Assembly (NCBI RefSeq): GCF_000012805.1
Contig: NC_007484.1
Span: 2,826,883-2,858,882 of the forward strand
DNA from: Nitrosococcus oceani ATCC 19707
GTDB taxonomy: Bacteria > Pseudomonadota > Gammaproteobacteria > Nitrosococcales > Nitrosococcaceae
Length of the DNA stretch: 32,000 bases
Reading direction: 5' to 3'
The position numbers and the translations under genes were made by a program. The notes below the pieces were generated by a model. It had not been told where the DNA came from. It did not search any database and was given only the letters and a program-made list of their open reading frames with translations. Positions 10,444-18,893 of this stretch are shown here, in pieces. Positions within the stretch are counted from its first letter, which is position 1; every line of letters starts with the position of its first letter.

Positions 10444-10920
10444 TTATCTCGTCGTATTATCTGTAGGTAACGGTCCCGAATGCCTGGTAAGTTGGCGAAA
10501 TCGGATAGGATACGCTCCCATTGGCTGAACCATATCAGACAATTTGATCTCATTTAATGCCCCGTAGACCGCTTGGTTAATCTGTTCCCAGTGAGCACGG
10601 GTGGAACAATGGGCTTCCTGACCGCACTCCCCCGGTGTACTGACACACTCCGTTAAACCAATAGGTCCCTCTAGGATCGTAATAATTTCAGCTACTGAAA
10701 TTGCCTCGGGCGGCCTTCCTAAACTGTAGCCGCCTTGGGCGCCCCGGGCCGACAGTAACAACCCTGCCCGGGCCAATTGTTTGAGAATTTTGCTGACCGT
10801 AGGCAAGGGCATTTCTACTTGAGCGGATAAATCCGCTGCGGCATGCTGGCCCTTCGGATCCATCGCCAAGCGCGTCATCAGCACGATAGCGTAATCGGTC
10901 ATTTTGCTCATGCGGAGCAT
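10444..10920 (-). CDS. Rrf2-family (IscR-like) transcriptional regulator with a Cys cluster
   Basis: 158 aa with an N-terminal winged HTH (MTDYAIVLMTRLA..., TVSKILKQLARAGLL) and CVSTPGECGQEAHC, a Cx6Cx5C candidate Fe-S ligand set. GGAGG lies 5 nt upstream of ATG 10920. It is the first gene of the suf operon. Confidence 0.85.
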   Translation of the reverse strand: MLRMSKMTDYAIVLMTRLAMDPKGQHAAADLSAQVEMPLPTVSKILKQLARAGLLLSARGAQGGYSLGRPPEAISVAEIITILEGPIGLTECVSTPGECGQEAHCSTRAHWEQINQAVYGALNEIKLSDMVQPMGAYPIRFRQLTRHSGPLPTDNTTR

Positions 10921-10940
10921 AGGAGCCTCCGGTTCTAATG

Positions 10941-10959
10941 TAGGACTATTATAGTCCTA
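10941..10959. promoter_or_regulatory. Perfect palindrome TAGGACTAT-T-ATAGTCCTA, candidate Rrf2/IscR operator
   Basis: Has 9-nt perfect arms around a single central base, 21-39 nt upstream of the rrf2 start codon. It contains the GACT...AGTC core I recall from IscR type-1 sites. Confidence 0.5.
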
Positions 10960-11260
10960 ATTAAGTTCAAAACCAAGTAATTCAGTAAAGTATTTCCTGG
11001 TTAAAGATATCTCAATATAGTTCAATTAAAATTTTCAATTTTGTCTGGCAAATTTCCGCCTAGATGCATGCTTTACTAGATTTCGCACTCAATACCTAGA
11101 AACCAAATACATCCCCCTAAGAAGCGTTGCTACCCCCTAGTTTTTTCAGAGCAAAGCTGAAAAATGACCGATAATAGGGTAAAGTGCGCAAATTTGCTGA
11201 GCCGAAAACCATCTAGATCTAAACAGCCAATAGATATTCTGTAAATGAGGTGTAATAAAT

Positions 11261-11932
11261 ATGGCCAATTATAAAATTGCCCCTTCTATCCTATCAGCCG
11301 ATTTCGCCCGCTTGGGGGAAGAAGTGACTGCAGTATTAGAAGCGGGTGCCGATATGGTGCATTTCGATGTAATGGATAACCATTATGTCCCAAATCTAAC
11401 TATCGGCCCTCTCGTCTGCGAAGCCCTACGCAAACATGGCATCACCGCTGATATCGACGTTCATCTCATGGTAAAGCCAGTGGATCGAATCGCCCCTGAT
11501 TTTGCCAAAGCGGGGGCAAATTATATTACTTTTCATCCGGAAGCTTCCGAACATATTGACCGAACTCTACAGCTAATCCGCGATGAGGGCTGCAAATCCG
11601 GCTTGGTATTCAATCCAGCGACTTCCCTTGATTATCTCAAATACGTCATAGATAAAGTGGATATGGTGCTTATCATGTCGGTGAATCCAGGTTTTGGTGG
11701 GCAAAAGTTCATCCCCACGGCGCTTGACAAACTGCGCGAAGCACGGCGGATTATTGATGCCAGCGGCTACCCTATCCGCCTTGAAATTGATGGAGGTATC
11801 AAGATAGATAATATCCAGCAAGTTGCAATGGCGGGAGCAGATACCTTTGTGGCGGGTTCCGCTATCTTCCAAAGTGAAAACTATAAGACCACCATTGGCG
11901 AGATGCGCGCCGAGCTAGCCAAGGTAGGATAA
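11261..11932 (+). CDS. rpe: Ribulose-phosphate 3-epimerase
   Basis: 223 aa with [42 protein letters not shown] and EIDGGI. Confidence 0.95.
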   Translation: MANYKIAPSILSADFARLGEEVTAVLEAGADMVHFDVMDNHYVPNLTIGPLVCEALRKHGITADIDVHLMVKPVDRIAPDFAKAGANYITFHPEASEHIDRTLQLIRDEGCKSGLVFNPATSLDYLKYVIDKVDMVLIMSVNPGFGGQKFIPTALDKLREARRIIDASGYPIRLEIDGGIKIDNIQQVAMAGADTFVAGSAIFQSENYKTTIGEMRAELAKVG

Positions 11933-11980
11933 ACAAACAATATATAAATTTACCTTCAAAAGACAAAATAAATAGCGAGC

Positions 11981-12658
11981 ATGCTGAAACAACCTGAAAT
12001 GATTCTTATTGACGTGGACGGTACCTTAGTAGATAGCGTACCGGATCTGACCTTTTGTACCGATACCATGATGGAACGGTTGGGTCTGCCCCTGCGGGGA
12101 GAAACCAAAGTCCGGCAATGGGTGGGCAACGGGGTAGAACGACTCATCAAGCGGGCCTTGGTCGATAATATGGAGGGAGAACCGGAAGAAGATTTATATC
12201 AAAAGGCTGAAACCATTTTTCTGGCTCTCTACGCAGATAACACAAGCAAGCGTAGTCATCTCTACCCGGGGGTAAACGAGGGATTAGCCTGGTTAAAATC
12301 CCAAGGGTATCGTGTAGGCTGTGTTACTAATAAGGCAGCCCAATTTACTTATCCTCTACTTACGGAGCTAGGGATAATTGATTATTTCGAGATAGTCATT
12401 AGTGGCGATACATTACCGGAGAAAAAACCTCATCCTGCCCCCTTGCTCCATGCGGCCAGCCACTTTGGCATCGCTCCTGAGAAAGCGCTAATGATTGGGG
12501 ATTCCATTAGTGACGTAAAAGCAGCGAGGGCGGCCAACTTCCAGATTGTCTGCCTCAGTTATGGTTATAATCATGGCGTGGATATCCGTGATAGCCAACC
12601 GGATAGCGTCATCGATTCTCTAATTGAAATTAAGAATTTATTGAGCCAAGCAGCTTAG
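11981..12658 (+). CDS. gph: Phosphoglycolate phosphatase (HAD superfamily)
   Basis: 225 aa with HAD motif I LIDVDGTLVDS, motif II VTNK and motif IV IGDSISDV. The position directly after rpe is the classic rpe-gph pairing. Confidence 0.85.
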   Translation: MLKQPEMILIDVDGTLVDSVPDLTFCTDTMMERLGLPLRGETKVRQWVGNGVERLIKRALVDNMEGEPEEDLYQKAETIFLALYADNTSKRSHLYPGVNEGLAWLKSQGYRVGCVTNKAAQFTYPLLTELGIIDYFEIVISGDTLPEKKPHPAPLLHAASHFGIAPEKALMIGDSISDVKAARAANFQIVCLSYGYNHGVDIRDSQPDSVIDSLIEIKNLLSQAA

Positions 12659-12775
12659 GAACACAACCATGGTTATTGACTTCCAGGCGAATAGTTTATG
12701 GGGGAGAATAAAACGATGGTGGGGCTGATCTCCCGCTAAATCCGCCGAAGTTTTCTAACGCTGGAAGTCGAGACT

Positions 12776-14254
12776 ATGGAAGCCCAACAATTCAAACAGC
12801 TTGCTGCTCAAGGTTATAATCATATTCCCCTCATGCGGGAGGTTTTAGCTGACCTAGATACTCCACTTAGCACTTACCTCAAACTGGCTAATGGCCCTTA
12901 CTCCTATTTATTAGAATCCGTCCATGGCGGCGAGAAATGGGGCCGATATTCATTTATCGGCTTACCTTGCCGCACGGTAGTTAAGGTGCAAAAATATGAA
13001 ATAGTCGTTGAAACCGATCACCGCATTGAGGAAACTCATCACAGCGATGATCCCCTGGCTTGGATAGAAACCTTTAAGCAACGCTTTAAAGTCCCGGCCA
13101 TTGCCTCTTTGCCTCGCTTTACAGGCGGCCTCGTAGGATACTTTGGCTATGATACGATCCGCTATATCGAACCTAAGCTTGCCCATTGGAAGAAGCCCGA
13201 TTCCTTGGAAACGCCGGATATACTATTACTTGTTTCCAACGAAATTGTTGTTTTTGACAACCTGAGTGGCAAGCTCTACTTCATTATTCATTGCGGCCCC
13301 GAAGACTATACAGAGGGCCTGCAACGCTTGGATGCCCTAGAAGATCGCCTACGGGCAAGCGTCCCTGCCCACCATACCGTTACTCCCTCCCGCCTAGTCC
13401 TAGAAGATGATTTTATCTCTGGATTTACGGAGCAAGGCTTTAAGGGGGCGGTTGATAAAACGCGTCAATACATTACTGACGGTGATGTGATGCAAGTAGT
13501 GCTCTCACAACGACTCTCGGTGCCTTTTTCTGCCTCTCCCTTAAACCTATACCGGGCGCTACGTTGCCTCAACCCTTCTCCCTACATGTACTATTTGAAT
13601 CTAGAGGATTTCCATGTGGTGGGCTCATCTCCCGAGATCCTAGTACGCTTAGAGGATGGTGCCGTTACCGTACGCCCCATCGCTGGCACCCGGCATCGTG
13701 GCAGAGGCGAAGAAGAAGACCGAGCGCTAGAGCAAGAATTACTCGCTGACCCTAAGGAATTAGCGGAACACCGGATGCTTATCGATCTTGGCCGAAATGA
13801 TGTTGGCCGGATAGCCACCATTGGCAGTGTCAACGTAACCGAAAAAATGCTTATCGAACGCTATTCTCATGTCATGCATATCGTCTCTAATGTAACCGGT
13901 CAACTTAAACCGGAGTTCTCGGCCATGGACGTTTTACGTGCAACTTTTCCTGCAGGTACGGTTTCTGGCGCTCCCAAAATTCGAGCGATGGAAATCATTG
14001 ATGAATTAGAACCTATTCAGCGGGGAGTCTATGCGGGTGCCGTGGGCTATCTTGCTTGGTCAGGCAATATGGATACAGCAATCGCTATTCGTACCGCAAT
14101 CATTAAAGATCAGATTCTTCATATTCAAGCAGGTGCGGGAATCGTCTATGACTCGGTACCGCAGAGCGAGTGGGAAGAAACCCTGAATAAAGGGCGAGCT
14201 ATCTTTCGAGCAGTGGCTTTGGCCGAAGCTGGCCTAGATGGTTCCTTCCGCTAG
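12776..14254 (+). CDS. trpE: Anthranilate synthase component I
   Basis: 492 aa with LESV...GRYSFIG, the chorismate-binding C-terminal domain ([25 protein letters not shown]). Confidence 0.95.
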   Translation: MEAQQFKQLAAQGYNHIPLMREVLADLDTPLSTYLKLANGPYSYLLESVHGGEKWGRYSFIGLPCRTVVKVQKYEIVVETDHRIEETHHSDDPLAWIETFKQRFKVPAIASLPRFTGGLVGYFGYDTIRYIEPKLAHWKKPDSLETPDILLLVSNEIVVFDNLSGKLYFIIHCGPEDYTEGLQRLDALEDRLRASVPAHHTVTPSRLVLEDDFISGFTEQGFKGAVDKTRQYITDGDVMQVVLSQRLSVPFSASPLNLYRALRCLNPSPYMYYLNLEDFHVVGSSPEILVRLEDGAVTVRPIAGTRHRGRGEEEDRALEQELLADPKELAEHRMLIDLGRNDVGRIATIGSVNVTEKMLIERYSHVMHIVSNVTGQLKPEFSAMDVLRATFPAGTVSGAPKIRAMEIIDELEPIQRGVYAGAVGYLAWSGNMDTAIAIRTAIIKDQILHIQAGAGIVYDSVPQSEWEETLNKGRAIFRAVALAEAGLDGSFR

Positions 14255-14265
14255 GGGAGTTGAAT

Positions 14266-14847
14266 ATGCTGCTTATGCTCGACAATTATGATTCATTTAC
14301 CTACAATCTGGTCCAGTATTTAGGCGAATTGGGCGAAGAAGTTTGCGTCTTTCGCAATGATCAAGTCAGTACGGCAGAAATAGAGAGGCTGCGCCCAAAA
14401 CGTTTAGTTATTTCTCCAGGCCCTTGCACGCCCAACGAAGCCGGTATTTCTCTTGAAATTATCCGTCATTTTGCCGGCAAGATCCCACTATTAGGAGTAT
14501 GTCTTGGTCACCAGTGTATCGGCCAGGCTTTTGGCGGCCGAATAGTGCATGCCAAGGCTATTATGCATGGTAAAACCTCAAAAGTGCATCACAATCATAA
14601 AGGCGTATTCCAAGGCCTTGATGATCCCTTCGAGGCAGCTCGTTACCATTCTTTAGTCATCGATCAGGCAAGTCTTCCGCCATGTTTAGAGGTCACCGCT
14701 TGGACTAAAACCGATACGGGAGAGCTAGACGAGATCATGGGTATCTACCACAAAGAGCTAGCAATCGAAGGCGTACAATTTCATCCTGAGTCGATTCTTA
14801 CTCAGCAGGGGCACAATTTACTTCTCAATTTTCTTAAACGAACCTGA
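14266..14847 (+). CDS. trpG: Anthranilate synthase component II (glutamine amidotransferase)
   Basis: Has [11 protein letters not shown], the catalytic GVCLGHQ and HPES. The ORF track starts at TTG 14260. ATG 14266 sits 6 nt after GGGGAG (14254-14259) and gives the family-typical N-terminus [11 protein letters not shown]. Confidence 0.92.
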   Translation: MLLMLDNYDSFTYNLVQYLGELGEEVCVFRNDQVSTAEIERLRPKRLVISPGPCTPNEAGISLEIIRHFAGKIPLLGVCLGHQCIGQAFGGRIVHAKAIMHGKTSKVHHNHKGVFQGLDDPFEAARYHSLVIDQASLPPCLEVTAWTKTDTGELDEIMGIYHKELAIEGVQFHPESILTQQGHNLLLNFLKRT

Positions 14848-14877
14848 GCATCATTTCCAAAGGTTTTAATAAACGCA

Positions 14878-15894
14878 ATGGATATTCAAACCGCCCTTCG
14901 TACCGTTACCACGAGGCGTAACCTCACCAGTGAGGAAATGACATCGGTCATGAATCTCATCATGAGTGGCCAAGCAACCCCCGCGCAGATTGGCGGCTTG
15001 CTTATTGGGCTTCGGATGAAAGGAGAAACGGTGGAAGAAATTGCTGCTGCCGCCAGGGTGATGAGGGAATTGGCGACTAAAGTGACAGTAACAGGCCCCC
15101 ACCTCGTTGATACCTGCGGTACTGGTGGGGATGGCGCCAATACTTTCAATATTTCGACAGCCAGCGCTTTTGTTGTTGCCGCGGCAGGAGGAAGAGTCGC
15201 CAAACATGGCAACCGTTCTGTCTCCAGCCAATGTGGCAGTGCTGATGTGCTTGAAGCAGCCGGTATTAAACTCGAACTTACCCCCGAACAGATTGCTCGC
15301 TGTATTGAAGAACTTGGCGTAGGATTTCTGTTCGCCCCTTGCCACCATAGCGCCATAAAATTCACTATAGCTCCACGGCGGGAAATGGGGATTCGCACTT
15401 TATTTAATCTCTTAGGGCCTCTAACTAACCCGGCCCATATTCCTAATCAAGTAGTAGGGGTCTTTAGTGACGAATGGCTGGAGCCACTTGCTTGGGTTCT
15501 GCACCGTTTAGGCTGCCAGCATGTACTTGTTGTCCATGCCAAAGATGGTCTGGATGAAATTAGTATTGGAGCTGAAACTCAGATCGCTGAATTAAGAGAT
15601 GGGGCTGTTACAAGTTATTTCATCACACCCGAGCAATTTGGCATCGAGCGGGTTTCCATCAGTTCTCTGGCCGTTAACAGTACGCAAGAAAGTCTCAATA
15701 TTTTACGCTCCGTTCTAGCAAACCAGCCCAGCCCAGCCCGTGATATCGTCGCTTTGAACGCGGGGGCAGCTATCTATGCAGCCAATCTAACTCCTACGCT
15801 GGAAAGAGGGGTAAAGAGAGCATTAAAAGTTCTCTCCGAAGGCAGAGCCCAAGAGAAATTAGCCGCTTTAATTACATTTACCCAAGCCTGTTAG
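14878..15894 (+). CDS. trpD: Anthranilate phosphoribosyltransferase
   Basis: 338 aa with [16 protein letters not shown] and KHGNRSVSS. Confidence 0.95.
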
Positions 15895-15923
15895 CCAATC
15901 AACAATAGTAAGATACCCGTGAT

Positions 15924-16739
15924 ATGAACGAGATACCCAATATCTTGAAAAAGATTCTCCAGCGGAAAGCCGAAGAGATCAGCGAACGTGCCCAAAAGCT
16001 TTCAATCCAAGAACTTAGCCAGAAAGTGGAAGAATCGCCCCCAGTGCGCGGTTTCTTTAAAGCCCTTGCTAAAAAGATAAGCGAGCATCAATCTGCTGTC
16101 ATCGCTGAAATCAAAAAGGCCTCTCCTAGTAAGGGGCTTTTATGCGAATCTTTTCATCCGGAGGCGATTGCCCAAAGCTACGAAAAAGGAGGAGCAGCTT
16201 GCCTTTCCGTGCTCACAGACCAGGATTTTTTTAGGGGTAGTGAGGCGGATCTACAGAAGGCCCGCAGCGCCTGTAATCTGCCTGTTTTGCGAAAAGACTT
16301 TATTATCGACCCCTATCAGGTCTATGAAGCACGGGTAATAGGCGCCGACTGCATTCTGCTAATTGTAGCAGCGTTGGGTGATGCCCTTATGTTAGAGCTA
16401 GCTCAACTCGCCGAACACTTAAATATGGATGTACTCATAGAAGTCCATGATTCCGAAGAGCTAGAGCGAGCGCTGGTTCTCGATACACCACTTATCGGCA
16501 TTAATAATCGCAATTTAAAAAGTTTCGAAACGAGATTAGAAACTACTTTTGAGTTACTCTCCCAGATACCTTCTGAGCGCTTAGTGGTCACCGAAAGCGG
16601 AATTCATAGTCCCGCAGACGTAAGGAAAATGAAGAAAAATGGAGTTAACGCCTTTCTTATCGGTGAAGCCTTCATGAAAGCGGAAGACCCCGCAGCTAAA
16701 CTTGCAGCATTATTCCAAAATACAAAGATAGCTTTCTAA
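15924..16739 (+). CDS. trpC: Indole-3-glycerol-phosphate synthase
   Basis: 271 aa with [28 protein letters not shown] and GINNRNL. Confidence 0.95.
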   Translation: MNEIPNILKKILQRKAEEISERAQKLSIQELSQKVEESPPVRGFFKALAKKISEHQSAVIAEIKKASPSKGLLCESFHPEAIAQSYEKGGAACLSVLTDQDFFRGSEADLQKARSACNLPVLRKDFIIDPYQVYEARVIGADCILLIVAALGDALMLELAQLAEHLNMDVLIEVHDSEELERALVLDTPLIGINNRNLKSFETRLETTFELLSQIPSERLVVTESGIHSPADVRKMKKNGVNAFLIGEAFMKAEDPAAKLAALFQNTKIAF

Positions 16740-16785
16740 GAGAAAGGAAACCATATAAAAAAGGATACCAAAAAACTCATCCCTT

Positions 16786-17223
16786 CTAATCCAGTATTCC
16801 GGCACGGTAAAGGCGCCAAGTATAGGCACAAGTACCAAGCAATATTACCAACACCAGGAGCAATCCTTCTCCACCTATTCCCGCTGAAAAAACCGCAGCC
16901 AAGGAACCCTTTTTAAAGGCTATTAATAAAAGCCTCCCGAGATCAGCTACTATAGCAGCAAGAAAGAAATAAAGGGCTAACCGACGATGCAAATAAAGAG
17001 CTAATGCTGCAATAAAAATTGTGGCGTTAATTAATAAAGTTAATCCTACCTCTGGCCATGCTAAAGTATCAATCAGCAGTTGTTGTTCAAGAGAAAGCCT
17101 TTTAGCTCCTGTAATCGTGAAAAGATAGCCTATTAGGGCGATACCAGAGGCAATAGCAAGGAAAATAGACAGAAAAATCGTTATCGGGTGGCGCTGCTCT
17201 AGACGAGCTTGAGTTTCATTCAT
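16786..17223 (-). CDS. Hypothetical integral membrane protein (about 4 TM helices)
   Basis: Contains four hydrophobic segments (ITIFLSIFLAIASGIALIGYLF, VGLTLLINATIFIAALALYL, LALYFFLAAIVADLGRLLLIAF, GLLLVLVILLGTCAYTW) and no recognisable family motif. The ORF track start is TTG 17244 with no SD. ATG 17223 has GAGG about 9 nt upstream, so I prefer it. Confidence 0.5.
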   Translation of the reverse strand: MNETQARLEQRHPITIFLSIFLAIASGIALIGYLFTITGAKRLSLEQQLLIDTLAWPEVGLTLLINATIFIAALALYLHRRLALYFFLAAIVADLGRLLLIAFKKGSLAAVFSAGIGGEGLLLVLVILLGTCAYTWRLYRAGILD

Positions 17224-17269
17224 TAAAAAATACCTCGAAGCCAAAAATTAAATGTTTGGCTTAGGATAA

Positions 17270-17296
17270 GCATACCTGCCTACTAGACAGGTATGC
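17270..17296 (-). terminator. Hairpin GCATACCTG-(9 nt)-CAGGTATGC after the lipoprotein gene
   Basis: Perfect 9-bp stem located 15 nt downstream of the lipoprotein stop (17311). The trailing T-tract is weak, so terminator function is uncertain. Confidence 0.35.
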
Positions 17297-17310
17297 CTCT
17301 CCCTAGAAAA

Positions 17311-17820
17311 TCATTTCTCTTTAGTATAGACGATCGTTTCAGGTACACCAATTACGTCATCGAAATCACCATCTAGATTATAATCTTCCATTAAAGTAAG
17401 TTTATCACCCTCAATGGAATAGTAGATGGCATAGTCATTGGTTGCAGACTTCATATTAACCGGACTCCAAGCTTGGGTTCCTTTATTATATTCTGCTGTA
17501 CCATAAGATTTAGCCGTCCACTCCATGTAGTCAGATGATACAGAAACGCTTCCAGTTTCTCTCGCAGTCTCCGACCAATTATGGATTATAGAGCCATCTT
17601 CAGCGATAAGTTTTTTAAACCAAGAGTATTTATAAGTATTGCCAGAGAAGGTAACTTCTGCTTTGCTTTTCAAGGTTTCGCCATTTTCCTGCTTGGGTTC
17701 AAACTCCGTCACCCAGGTTCCCGTAAGTCCAAAATCTTCCACGCTTGGACCACCTGATTGGCAAGCTACCAACCCTAAAGCAAGGACAGCTGCACACAAC
17801 ATCAAGAGAAACTGTTTCAT
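17311..17820 (-). CDS. Hypothetical lipoprotein, lipocalin-like beta-rich domain
   Basis: 169 aa with a signal peptide and lipobox LGLVAC (MKQFLLMLCAAVLALGLVAC-QSGG). A GTW motif sits early in the mature part, and the composition is rich in Tyr, Trp, Ser and Thr. AAGGAG lies 5 nt upstream of the ATG. Confidence 0.7.
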   Translation of the reverse strand: MKQFLLMLCAAVLALGLVACQSGGPSVEDFGLTGTWVTEFEPKQENGETLKSKAEVTFSGNTYKYSWFKKLIAEDGSIIHNWSETARETGSVSVSSDYMEWTAKSYGTAEYNKGTQAWSPVNMKSATNDYAIYYSIEGDKLTLMEDYNLDGDFDDVIGVPETIVYTKEK

Positions 17821-17998
17821 CTAAGCTCCTTATTCTATTGATTAGTAATGAGATAGCCCATTAGAGCAAACAGGCTGCTAGCATGAATTTTTATTACCCA
17901 AAAATACGCGATTATATCAACATAATAAGCATTAGATTATCAACTTCTGTATAGATTATCCAATTTAGCATACCACCCAAGGTAGCAGGAAATTGGAA

Positions 17999-18040
17999 TT
18001 CCCCGGCATTCCATTATTTGGATAATGGAATGCCGGGGAA
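17999..18040 (-). terminator. Strong hairpin terminating the amo transcription unit downstream of amoD
   Basis: Perfect 19-bp inverted repeat TTCCCCGGCATTCCATTAT-ttgg-ATAATGGAATGCCGGGGAA, 68 nt downstream of the amoD stop. In minus-strand sense it is followed by TTCCAATTTCC. Confidence 0.7.
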
Positions 18041-18107
18041 CTTCCTTCTATTATGTTCTAAACGCTGTGAATACTATTTAAAGTATCCAATTCCAATTGG
18101 ATTGAAA

Positions 18108-18671
18108 CTAGGATGCCTTGGCCTCTTTTCCGCCACGGCGACTATACCAAAAAATAAGCCCCAGAATAAGAGCACCGCCAGCGATCGAGGCGATCCACTG
18201 AACGGTCTGCTCTCCCTGGAGACCCACTCGAAGAGGTGCTTTGAAGACCATCGGTTGATCACCACCAAGAATAACTACCGCAGTGTATTCTCCTGCTTTG
18301 GTAAAATCGGTATCAAGCTCAATAGTTCCCTTTGGATATTTTTGAACCGGACGCTCTACTATGGGATTATAATTTGACGGGCCAGCGGCCGTTTTCTGCT
18401 CTTCAACGATCCGAACCTCAACCGGCCGATCACGCAATATCCTATCCACTAAATCAAACACTAAAATGGTGCTTCCCGTCATCGGCAAGTCCCAGCACAG
18501 CTCTTCACCACCAGAAGTTTCCGGTTGGTAAGCAGAAAAATGCATTCGGTAATTACCGATATTGACAACGCACTGATCTGTTTCAATTCCTCCTCCCCCA
18601 TGGGCCATGGCGGAAGTATTTAGCAACAATAATCCAAACGATACAAGGCAGCTAAGTAGTACTTTTTTCAT
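18108..18671 (-). CDS. amoD: AmoD/PmoD-family periplasmic copper protein with C-terminal membrane anchor
   Basis: 187 aa located directly after amoB. It has a signal peptide (..LLLNTSAMA-HGGGG), a Cys/Met/His cluster CVVNIGNYRMH, a beta-rich domain, and a C-terminal TM helix WIASIAGGALILGLIFWY plus a basic tail. Position and architecture match the amoD/orf5 (pmoD) family of ammonia and methane oxidizers. Confidence 0.8.
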   Translation of the reverse strand: MKKVLLSCLVSFGLLLLNTSAMAHGGGGIETDQCVVNIGNYRMHFSAYQPETSGGEELCWDLPMTGSTILVFDLVDRILRDRPVEVRIVEEQKTAAGPSNYNPIVERPVQKYPKGTIELDTDFTKAGEYTAVVILGGDQPMVFKAPLRVGLQGEQTVQWIASIAGGALILGLIFWYSRRGGKEAKAS

Positions 18672-18775
18672 AAGCTAATACCTTTTTGCTCTGAGGGATT
18701 AACTAAAACGCAGCTTCAGAGCCTGAAAAGACCGAGCCACAAGATAAAAAAAAGAATGGAAAGGACAGCAAACAA

Positions 18776-18810
18776 CCGGCCCTTCGTCCAGCCATGGGAC
18801 GAAGGGCCGG
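18776..18810 (-). terminator. GC-rich hairpin in the amoB-amoD spacer (intrinsic terminator/attenuator)
   Basis: Perfect 14-bp stem CCGGCCCTTCGTCC-(7 nt)-GGACGAAGGGCCGG. In mRNA sense it is followed by TTGTTTGCTGTCCTTTCCATTCTTTTTTTT. Confidence 0.6.
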
Positions 18811-18893
18811 TGTTTAAGTCAATGGGAACAGTTTAATCTACCATATTGCTGTCGTACACCACATGCAACATAGATAGTTAAAGATACTTCTTT

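Noticed and set aside
12659-12775. Possible trp attenuator or leader peptide upstream of trpE.
   Set aside because: The only short ORFs (for example MGENKTMVGLISR) contain no Trp codons, and I see no alternative terminator/antiterminator hairpins or a U-tract.
14866-15398. Two long antisense ORFs (160 and 170 aa) on the minus strand opposite trpD.
   Set aside because: They lie entirely inside the strongly supported trpD frame and have low-complexity Ala/Ser/Pro/Arg-rich products with no start context. This is the typical shadow-ORF pattern of a G+C-rich codon frame.
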